Assembly (NCBI GenBank): GCA_902764415.1
Contig: CACWVU010000001.1
Coordinates: 1,133-65,132, forward strand
DNA: 64,000 nt
Direction: 5' to 3'
Source: an uncultured bacterium
GTDB lineage: Bacteria; Verrucomicrobiota; Kiritimatiellia; RFP12; UBA1067
Shown: positions 54,820 through 61,750 of the stretch, piece by piece
Position numbering within the stretch: the first letter of the stretch is position 1
Layout: the number at the start of each line of letters is the position of its first letter
Notes under the pieces: model-generated
The model's input: only the letters and a program-made list of their open reading frames with translations
What the model was told of the DNA's origin: nothing
The model's database searches: none
Made by a program: the position numbers and the translations under genes

Positions 54820-55839
54820 GTGAAGATTTCCGTCATAGTTCCCATGTACAATGTGGCGTCGCTTGTCGCGGACGCGGTGTCGTCCATTCGGACAGCTGCC
54901 GATCGAGCAAAGTCGGTTGCAGACATTGATGTCATCCTGGTCGACGATGGCAGTACGGACGCGACGCTTGCTGCGGCGGAGTCGGCCGTCGCCGGCGATG
55001 GCCGCTTTAGAGTCGTGAGGAAGGCGAATGGCGGCGAGGGCAGCGCGAGGAATGCCGGCATTGAGGTTGCGGATGGGGACTGGCTCATGTTCTTTGATTC
55101 GGACGATGTGGTGTCTCCGACCATGTTCTCCGATGTCGTCCGCGCGCTTGAGATGCATCCCGAAGTTGACCTTGTCAGGTGCGGCACCTGCGTGTTCAAT
55201 GATGGCGGAACGCCAGAGTGGTGCGGGAGCGGGTCGGTGCGACTTCTCGACATCTCGCACGAGTTGCCCGATGAGCTATCCATGTTCGGCGTTACCGAGA
55301 TGGCTTACAGGAGAGAGAAATTTGCCAATCTTCGCTTTAGCGCGTACTGCATTGGCGCCGATCTGGTTTACACGAGCGCGTGTTTCGCCAGAGCCAGCGG
55401 CATGGCAGTGATCGACAGAAGAAACTATGGTTACAGGATCAGGTCTGACAGCGCGGCCCATTCGTCGCCGACAGCAAAGAAGCTCATGGACAGCATCGGC
55501 AGCACCGAGGAGATGTTCGTGAATTTTGCATTTGGCGGCAAGCGTATCGGCAGGTCGCTTTCTCGCGGTCGGGGCAATGCCTGGATAGAGAGGCTGCCGT
55601 CTGAAATAGCCGGCTTGCCGAGTTCCTGCGATGTCCCACAGGTCTGGCGCAAATGGGCGCAGTCGATGCGAACTGCCGCGCGGATGCCGTTTTTCACAAA
55701 TTGGCAGAAGATGGTTGTGCGCACCATTGTCCTGGCGGGAGATTCAGTTGCCATTGTGAAGGCGTTTGCGTTTGCGCTTTGCGTAGTGCTATATAGGCTG
55801 AAGTTGATGATTCTGCGTCGCAGGAGGCGGCGGAGATGA
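54820..55839 (+). CDS. Glycosyltransferase family 2
   Basis: ISVIVPMYN...VDDGSTDAT, FDSDD. GTG start. Confidence 0.8.
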   Translation: MKISVIVPMYNVASLVADAVSSIRTAADRAKSVADIDVILVDDGSTDATLAAAESAVAGDGRFRVVRKANGGEGSARNAGIEVADGDWLMFFDSDDVVSPTMFSDVVRALEMHPEVDLVRCGTCVFNDGGTPEWCGSGSVRLLDISHELPDELSMFGVTEMAYRREKFANLRFSAYCIGADLVYTSACFARASGMAVIDRRNYGYRIRSDSAAHSSPTAKKLMDSIGSTEEMFVNFAFGGKRIGRSLSRGRGNAWIERLPSEIAGLPSSCDVPQVWRKWAQSMRTAARMPFFTNWQKMVVRTIVLAGDSVAIVKAFAFALCVVLYRLKLMILRRRRRRR

Positions 55840-56690
55840 CTTACGTCAAGGTAGACCCGTGTTCGACGCGGCTTGGCAACTGGATGTTTCAGTATGCTGC
55901 GGCAAAATGCGCGGCACCCGGCGAACCGGTCGCTTTCGTCATTGCCGGCGGGCAGAGCATCGAAGCCGTGCGGAAGTACGCGGCACTTTGGCCGGAGGCG
56001 GAGTATGTGCGCGCCGCGCCGGAGGGCGCATCGGTGCGCATTGGACTGTTCCAGGACTGGAAGAGGCTTGAGCCTGACATTGTCCGCCGTCTGTTCAAGT
56101 GTCCGGCGGAGGTGGAGACGCGGATCGAGGCGAAGTATGGACGGGCGGTAGCTGACTGGGACGACGTCGTCTCCGTCCATGTCCGCAGAGGCGACTATCT
56201 CTCGCTGCCCCATCGCCATCCGTTCGTCGGAGTGAAGTATCTTGAAAGGGCGGTCGCCATGTTTGCCGCGCGAGGCGGCGGGCGCAGGATGCGCTTCTTG
56301 GTCTGTTCAGACGACATAGCGTGGTGCCGAAGGTTCTTTTCGCGCAAGGAGTTCAAAGGGCATGACTTCATATTCTCGGAAGGCAATGACGTGATGACGG
56401 ACCTTTTCCTGATGGCGAAGTGCTGCGGCGGCCACATCTGCTCGAACTCGTCGTTTTCGTTCTGGGGCGCATATCTCGGCGCACTTGATTCGCTGCCTGG
56501 TGCGCAGCTCACGGTTTTCCCGTCGATGTGGTTCGGGATGGCGATCAAGGACCAGGATGGTTCGGGCATGTATTTCCCCGGCAGCCAGGTGATTGAGAAC
56601 AGCTATTCGCTTTCGCAGCGCCTTTCGGCACTCTTGCACATGGCCAAAACCGCCGCGGGAAATGTCTTGAGAAGGATTGGCAGAAGATGA
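55836..56690 (+). CDS. Alpha-1,2-fucosyltransferase (GT11)
   Basis: ATGA overlap. GNWMFQYA, VHVRRGDYL (HxRRxD) and SNSSFSFWGAYL motifs. Confidence 0.85.
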   Translation: MTYVKVDPCSTRLGNWMFQYAAAKCAAPGEPVAFVIAGGQSIEAVRKYAALWPEAEYVRAAPEGASVRIGLFQDWKRLEPDIVRRLFKCPAEVETRIEAKYGRAVADWDDVVSVHVRRGDYLSLPHRHPFVGVKYLERAVAMFAARGGGRRMRFLVCSDDIAWCRRFFSRKEFKGHDFIFSEGNDVMTDLFLMAKCCGGHICSNSSFSFWGAYLGALDSLPGAQLTVFPSMWFGMAIKDQDGSGMYFPGSQVIENSYSLSQRLSALLHMAKTAAGNVLRRIGRR

Positions 56691-57661
56691 AGCGCAATGC
56701 GTCGATAGAACTGTTTCGTTTGTTGCTGATGTTCGGGATATGCCTATTGCATTCAGCAATCAATCCCGGATATTCAAGAGCGTGGTTCATAAACATCACC
56801 TGTTTCTGCGTTACGGCGTTTGCGTTCATTTCTGGATATTATGGTGCTTCTTTTCGTCCTTCTAAGATAGTGAGACTTGTGGGTACAGGTGTCATCTGCG
56901 CATTGATTTGCGGAAGGGGCAACATTTCGCGTGCATGGGGAATATATGGAGGGTACTGGTTCCTGCACGCCTATGTGCTGATGATGTGTCTTGCACCGCT
57001 TGTTGATGGAGCAATCTCGCGAAAGGGTGCGATTGCCGTTGCGATGCCTTTGCTGGTGGCCGTTTTCGTGTGGGGCGACCTGCCGTCACTTCCGTTCTTC
57101 AGCAGGCTGAACATTCCTGTAACGCCAGGCCTTGAAGCTTATTCCGGATTGACGTTGCTTGGGGCGTATGTCGCCGCTCGCATATATCGGCTTTATGGTT
57201 TGGAAAGGATGCGTGGCCGTTGGGTTGTAGTCATTATTCCAATATTGGTTTGCTTTGCGGCCTTGGGGATGAATGAATACAACAACATCGTTGCATTGTT
57301 CTTGTCGGCAATGTTCTTTACGGCATTTGACAAGATTAGACTTCCGTCCTGGTTGAGCCGAGTTGTCTTAATCCTGTCTCCTTCCGTGTTTGCCATCTAT
57401 CTGCTGCATCAGCCAGAAATTGATTTCGAGGTTGGGATTGTTAGGTCGTGGATAGACCGCGGTTGCAATATTTACATCGCGTATTTCGCCGCTGCCTTAA
57501 CGGTGTTCTTTCTTGCGATGGCTGTAGATCTGCCGCGTCGTGTGGCTGCGTGGCTTATGCGTCCAATCCTAGTCAGGGCGTATGCGTTGATTGATGGCTG
57601 CTATGACAACGTTCTGGCATGGATTGATGGGGCGCTTGGAAAGATTGGGAGCGAATCATGA
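56687..57661 (+). CDS. Acyltransferase family 3 (membrane O-acyltransferase)
   Basis: ATGA overlap. NASIELFRLLLMFGICLLH and ~9 hydrophobic segments. Confidence 0.75.
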   Translation: MKRNASIELFRLLLMFGICLLHSAINPGYSRAWFINITCFCVTAFAFISGYYGASFRPSKIVRLVGTGVICALICGRGNISRAWGIYGGYWFLHAYVLMMCLAPLVDGAISRKGAIAVAMPLLVAVFVWGDLPSLPFFSRLNIPVTPGLEAYSGLTLLGAYVAARIYRLYGLERMRGRWVVVIIPILVCFAALGMNEYNNIVALFLSAMFFTAFDKIRLPSWLSRVVLILSPSVFAIYLLHQPEIDFEVGIVRSWIDRGCNIYIAYFAAALTVFFLAMAVDLPRRVAAWLMRPILVRAYALIDGCYDNVLAWIDGALGKIGSES

Positions 57662-58620
57662 AGAAGAAAATCAAGCTTGGCTTTGCGGACAAGTGGGGCG
57701 GGTTCGTTCCCGAAGAGGACTTTTACTACAAGCTTCTCGCCAGGCACTACGATATCGAGCTGTCCGATACCCCCGACTACCTGATCTGCAGTCAGAACGG
57801 TCACTCGCACATCAAGTACGACTGCGTGAAGATAGTGGACATTGGCGAGAACATAGTCCCGGACTTCAACGAGTTTGACTATGCCGTCGGGTTCGACCAC
57901 CTCGAGTTCGGCGACCGCTATCTGCGCGTGCCGCTCTACGTGTTCTTCGCCGAGTATCCGAAGCTGGCCGAAAGGGCGACGCCTCCGCCTGACGATGTGC
58001 TGCTCAACCGCAAGTTCTGCAGTTTTGTCGTCACCAACGGCGGCTACGGAGACCCGATGCGCACCAAGTTCTTCCATGCGCTTTCCAAGTACAAGCGGGT
58101 AGATAGTGGCGGCAGGTATTTGAACAATATCGGCGGCAACGTCAAGGACAAGATGGAGTTCTGCAGCCAGTACAAGTTCAACATTGCGTTCGAGAACAGT
58201 TCTTCGCCGGGATATACGACCGAGAAGGTGATGCAGCCGCTCTCATGCTTTTCGGTTCCGATTTACTGGGGCAATCCGTTGATAGCGAAGGATTTCACCC
58301 CTGCATCGATGGTCTGTGTAAAGGACGAGGCGGACATAGACAGGGCGGTCGAGGAGATAATCCGCCTTGACACTGACGACGCGGCGTATCTTGAGAAGGT
58401 CAAGGCGCCGTGTCTTGTCCAGCCGCACGACTTCTACGAGAAGGAGCTGGAGAAGTTTCTTTGCCACATCATCGACCAGCCGCTTGAAGAGGCCCGTCGT
58501 CTCAACCGGTACGGTTTTCAGACGATCCACCGGTTCAGGATGCGCAGGCTGTATGCAATCCAAGATGCGCTTGCCGCGCCGGTAAAGCTGATGCGCCGCG
58601 TGAAGTCGGTGCTGCGCTGA
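57658..58620 (+). CDS. Alpha-1,3/4-fucosyltransferase (GT10)
   Basis: ATGA overlap. FCSFVVTN, YKFNIAFENSSSPGYTTEKVMQPL (GT10 motif). Confidence 0.85.
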   Translation: MKKKIKLGFADKWGGFVPEEDFYYKLLARHYDIELSDTPDYLICSQNGHSHIKYDCVKIVDIGENIVPDFNEFDYAVGFDHLEFGDRYLRVPLYVFFAEYPKLAERATPPPDDVLLNRKFCSFVVTNGGYGDPMRTKFFHALSKYKRVDSGGRYLNNIGGNVKDKMEFCSQYKFNIAFENSSSPGYTTEKVMQPLSCFSVPIYWGNPLIAKDFTPASMVCVKDEADIDRAVEEIIRLDTDDAAYLEKVKAPCLVQPHDFYEKELEKFLCHIIDQPLEEARRLNRYGFQTIHRFRMRRLYAIQDALAAPVKLMRRVKSVLR

Positions 58621-58708
58621 TGCTTCGCATTTCGCCAATCCCAATTCAGATGCGGCACAGACTTTTCTCACACAGAGACACAGAGACACAGAGGTTTTTT
58701 CTGTGCTG

Positions 58709-58763
58709 CAAAATGACGGCGGTTTCGTCATATTGTGTCTCAAAATGACGGCGGCTTCGTCAT
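58709..58763 (+). repeat. Two copies of CAAAATGACGGCGG(T/C)TTCGTCAT at 32-bp spacing upstream of ATPase cassette 3
   Basis: Copies at 58709-58731 and 58741-58763. Each contains the internal palindrome TGACG-N7-CGTCA. Confidence 0.9.
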
Positions 58764-58770
58764 TTTGCCA

Positions 58771-58800
58771 TTGACAACAGCGACGAATTTTGGGTATAAT
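58771..58800 (+). promoter_or_regulatory. Promoter with apparently leaderless start
   Basis: TTGACA (58771-58776), 18 nt spacer, TGgGTATAAT (-10 at 58795-58800), then tcgcgtc and ATG 58808. Confidence 0.6.
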
Positions 58801-58807
58801 TCGCGTC

Positions 58808-59938
58808 ATGAAGAGTATAAATAGGTTAATTGCGCCATTGCGCGAGAGCTTCTTCCTGTTTGGGCCTAGGGGAACGGGAAAATCTACTTGGCTTGAAATG
58901 GCTTTCCCAAAGGCGCTTAGGGTAGATCTTCTTGACTCTGAGACTTTTCGCAACTACAAGGCAAGACCTGAACGCCTTTCCGACCTAATAGCTGCAAACC
59001 CGTCGGCGCGCACTGTGGTTGTTGATGAAGTCCAGAAGGTGCCGGAAATCCTTGATGTAGTCCATTTGATAATGGAGAACAACAAGTCCATTCAGTTCGT
59101 CCTTACTGGGTCGAGTGCGAGGAAACTGCGTAGGGCCGGCGTGAATCTCCTGGGCGGAAGGGCGCTGAAGCTTTCGATGCACCCGTTTGTGGCAAAGGAA
59201 CTGCAGGGAGAGTTCAGCCTTGAAGGCGCGCTTGTGCACGGCATGCTGCCAATCGTGTACGGCGCTGCGTCGCCGTTGCGGAAGCTTGAGGCCTACATTG
59301 ACCTGTATATCCGCGAGGAAATCCAGCAAGAAGGGCTGGTGAGGGATCTCGGGTCGTTCACTCGTTTCCTGGAGGCGATCTCGTTTTCGCATGGATCTCA
59401 ACTTTCAATTTCGTCGGTGGCGCGGGAGTGCGGAGTCAAGCGCACGACTGTGAACGGATACGTTGACATTCTCCAGGATCTCCTTGTCGCCGATGTCGTG
59501 CCGGTCTTTTCGAAGCGTGCCAAGCGCGAACTGGTGTCCCACGGGAAGTTCTATTTCTTCGACACCGGGGTTTGGCGGACTTTGCGCCCCAAGGGCCCGT
59601 TGGACAACCCGTCGGAGATCGACGGCGCAGCGCTTGAGGGACTCGTCTATCAGCACCTTCGCGCGAAGCTGGACCTCGACGGCGTTCGCGACGGTCTATT
59701 TTTCTGGCGCACACGCAGCGGAGTGGAGGTCGATTTCGTCGTCTACACCCAGCAGACCTTCATGGCCGTGGAGGTGAAGAACGCCACGAGGGTGCAGCCG
59801 TCGGATGTGGCCGGTCTTCGTGCCTTCGTGGAAGACTACCCTGGCGCGACGCCGGTGCTGGTGTATCGCGGGACGGAGCGCATCATGTTCAATGGCGTGC
59901 TGCTTGTGCCGGCCGGAGAGTTTCTGCTGTCGCTTTGA
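58808..59938 (+). CDS. AAA+ ATPase, DUF4143-type (cassette 3)
   Basis: Walker A FGPRGTGKST, Walker B VVVDEVQ, 376 aa. Confidence 0.75.
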   Translation: MKSINRLIAPLRESFFLFGPRGTGKSTWLEMAFPKALRVDLLDSETFRNYKARPERLSDLIAANPSARTVVVDEVQKVPEILDVVHLIMENNKSIQFVLTGSSARKLRRAGVNLLGGRALKLSMHPFVAKELQGEFSLEGALVHGMLPIVYGAASPLRKLEAYIDLYIREEIQQEGLVRDLGSFTRFLEAISFSHGSQLSISSVARECGVKRTTVNGYVDILQDLLVADVVPVFSKRAKRELVSHGKFYFFDTGVWRTLRPKGPLDNPSEIDGAALEGLVYQHLRAKLDLDGVRDGLFFWRTRSGVEVDFVVYTQQTFMAVEVKNATRVQPSDVAGLRAFVEDYPGATPVLVYRGTERIMFNGVLLVPAGEFLLSL

Positions 59939-59996
59939 TCTGGAAATGCCAATGCCGCGGAAAGGTGCCTGCACTGAAAGAACTGGAGGAAGGGAC

Positions 59997-60380
59997 ATGA
60001 AGGCGAAGATGTCGGGAACGGTGGTGGCGGGATTTCCCTCGCCGGCGGAGCAGTACCTCGAGCCGCCGCTCGACCTCAACGAGCTGCTGGTGAAGCGTCC
60101 GGCGGCGACGTTCTTCGTGCGCGTGAGCGGCGACTCGATGACCGGCGAGGGGATACACGACGGCGACATACTCGTCGTCGACCGCTCGCTGCGTCCCGCA
60201 TCCGGCGACGTGATCATCGCCAGCGTCGACGGCGAGTTCACCGTGAAGACGTATCGCCGCGACCGCGGCGGCGTGCGGCTCGAGCCCGCGAATCCTGCCT
60301 TTCCGGTCATCCGCATCAAGTCCGGACAGGAGCTCGACTACTTCGGCAAGGTCACCGCGTGCATCCATCGCTTCGCGTGA
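59997..60380 (+). CDS. umuD: S24 peptidase, UmuD-like (nearly lacking the pre-cleavage N-terminal arm)
   Basis: VVAGFPSPAEQY...LDLNELL...FFVRVSGDSMTGEGIHDGDILVVD...DGEFTVK aligns by eye with E. coli UmuD (CGFPSPAADY, SGDSM, FTVK; from memory). SD GGAGGAAGGG upstream. Confidence 0.85.
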   Translation: MKAKMSGTVVAGFPSPAEQYLEPPLDLNELLVKRPAATFFVRVSGDSMTGEGIHDGDILVVDRSLRPASGDVIIASVDGEFTVKTYRRDRGGVRLEPANPAFPVIRIKSGQELDYFGKVTACIHRFA

Positions 60381-60440
60381 GGCGCCTGTCGACGCAGAAC
60401 GAAAAAGAAAATTTTTTCATTTTCCCCCTTGCGCGCGTGC

Positions 60441-60464
60441 GAGTGAATATGGTATTATTCACTC
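60441..60464 (+). promoter_or_regulatory. Perfect palindrome GAGTGAATA-N6-TATTCACTC overlapping the -10 (TGGTATTAT) of the H1-like gene: operator candidate
   Basis: gagtgaatatggtattattcactc. 9-bp arms, with the -10 hexamer TATTAT at 60453-60458 inside it. Confidence 0.55.
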
Positions 60465-60531
60465 AGATGTTGCGGATGTTGCGCTCGAATTGGGCGTGCC
60501 GACAACACCGACAAGGAAAAAGGATCAAACT

Positions 60532-60720
60532 ATGGCTACCAAGAAGGTTGCTGCTAAGAAGGCCCCGGCCAAGAAGGCGTGCTGCAAGAAGGCGTGCTGC
60601 AAGAAGGCCCCGGCGAAGAAGGCTCCGGCCAAGAAGGCGGTCGCTAAGAAGGCTCCCGCGAAGAAGGCGGTCGCCAAGAAGGCCCCTGCGAAGAAGGCTG
60701 CTAAGAAGGCGAAGAAGTAA
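60532..60720 (+). CDS. Histone H1-like Lys/Ala/Pro-rich DNA-binding protein (62 aa)
   Basis: [30 protein letters not shown]...: [10 protein letters not shown] repeats. Has its own promoter and a strong terminator. Confidence 0.75.
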   Translation: MATKKVAAKKAPAKKACCKKACCKKAPAKKAPAKKAVAKKAPAKKAVAKKAPAKKAAKKAKK

Positions 60721-60726
60721 GACGGA

Positions 60727-60782
60727 GCGGTTCTCGGAACCGCATGGCGCGTCGGCTCGAAAAGCCGGCGCGCCCTTTTTTT
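60727..60782 (+). terminator. Rho-independent terminator (two hairpins, second followed by T7)
   Basis: gcggttc-tcg-gaaccgc, then ggcgcgtcggct-cgaaa-agccggcgcgcc followed by ttttttt. Confidence 0.8.
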
Positions 60783-60795
60783 CGCCGCGCCAGTT

Positions 60796-60804
60796 TGGTA
60801 TAAT
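60796..60804 (+). promoter_or_regulatory. Extended -10 promoter TGGTATAAT with ATG 8 nt downstream (leaderless candidate)
   Basis: tggtataat at 60796-60804, then atgcgccg and ATG 60813. Confidence 0.55.
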
Positions 60805-60812
60805 ATGCGCCG

Positions 60813-61745
60813 ATGACAGACAACAGAGATTGGTTCGTGAAGTCCGTGGACGGAAAGGTCTACGGTCCGGCAAAGATTTCCAAGCTCGTCGAGTGGGCGA
60901 AGGACGGCAGGATAGAGCCTACCGGCTTCGTCTCCGTCGACCGCGTCGAATGGCTCGAGGCGTGCACCGTCGACGAGCTGGAGATGAAGTGGCTCGTCGA
61001 GATCTCGCCCGGCGACGTCTTCGGTCCGTTCCACCGCGAGCTGGTGATCAACCTCTTCAAGAACGGTACTGTCCCCGCGACCGCGCGCGCGTACCGCCTG
61101 CACGAATTTCCAATTGACCAGGACCCGCCGCCGGTGGAGAAGATCGTTGAGAAGGAAGTCCCGGTCGAAGTTGAGAAGATCGTAGAGAAGGAAGTGCGCG
61201 TTGAGGTTCCGGTAGAAGTTGAGAAGATCGTAGAGAAGGAAGTACGTGTCGAAGTTCCGGTTGAGGTCGAGAAGATAGTCGAGAAAGAAGTACGTGTCGA
61301 GGTGCCAGTGCCGGTCGAAGTGGAGAAGATCGTTGAAAAAGAAGTTCGTGTCGAGGTGCCGGTCGAGAAGATCGTGGAGAAGGAAGTGCGTGTAGAAGTT
61401 CCGGTCGAGAAGATTGTCGAAAAGGAAGTGCGCGTCGAGGTGCCAGTCGAGGTGGAGAAGATTGTCGAGAAGGTGGTCGAGAAGGAAGTGCGCGTTGAAG
61501 TTCCGGTCGAAAAGATCGTCGAGAAGGAAGTGCGGGTTGAGGTCCCGGTGGAGAAGGTGGTAGAGGTCCTGCCGCCGCCAGACGATTCGGAGCCGGAGCC
61601 GGGCGAGCCGCCGCCGAAGATCGCCGACCTGCGCTTCGGCGGACTTGACCGCGCGCGCCTCGCCGCGCTGGAGAAGGCGGCGCGGCAGGAGCTGATGCGC
61701 GGGCGGCGCATGGGCATGCGCGGAAATCTATTTGGGAGGAGGTAA
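60813..61745 (+). CDS. GYF_2 (DUF4339)-like double-domain protein with nine EKIVEKEV(R/P)VEVPV repeats
   Basis: [13 protein letters not shown]...[10 protein letters not shown]...V and [14 protein letters not shown]...LFKNGTV match the GYF_2 pattern. Repeat tract at 61134-61568. Confidence 0.7.
   Translation: MTDNRDWFVKSVDGKVYGPAKISKLVEWAKDGRIEPTGFVSVDRVEWLEACTVDELEMKWLVEISPGDVFGPFHRELVINLFKNGTVPATARAYRLHEFPIDQDPPPVEKIVEKEVPVEVEKIVEKEVRVEVPVEVEKIVEKEVRVEVPVEVEKIVEKEVRVEVPVPVEVEKIVEKEVRVEVPVEKIVEKEVRVEVPVEKIVEKEVRVEVPVEVEKIVEKVVEKEVRVEVPVEKIVEKEVRVEVPVEKVVEVLPPPDDSEPEPGEPPPKIADLRFGGLDRARLAALEKAARQELMRGRRMGMRGNLFGRR
61134..61568 (+). repeat. In-frame coding tandem repeat (42-54 nt units) with synonymous divergence between units
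   Basis: Nine EKIVEK-containing units. Units are near-identical in amino acids but differ at many third-codon positions. Confidence 0.9.
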
Positions 61746-61750
61746 AACCG

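Noticed and set aside
54804-54822. TATAAT at 54804-54809 followed by GTG 54820 as another leaderless promoter
   Set aside because: The hexamer overlaps the stop codon of the upstream GT2, there is no -35 or TG extension, and the start is GTG. It is most likely coincidental within an operon.
32860-58620. Calling the glycan block a classical genomic island or prophage
   Set aside because: No integrase, tRNA target, phage structural genes or clear terminal direct repeats bound the whole block. The evidence supports mosaic cassette exchange rather than a single integrative element.
61134-61568. Possible CRISPR array (regular ~42-54-nt periodicity)
   Set aside because: The periodic units are in frame inside a CDS and encode one peptide repeat. 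There are no unique spacers between conserved repeats, no leader, and no cas genes in the window.
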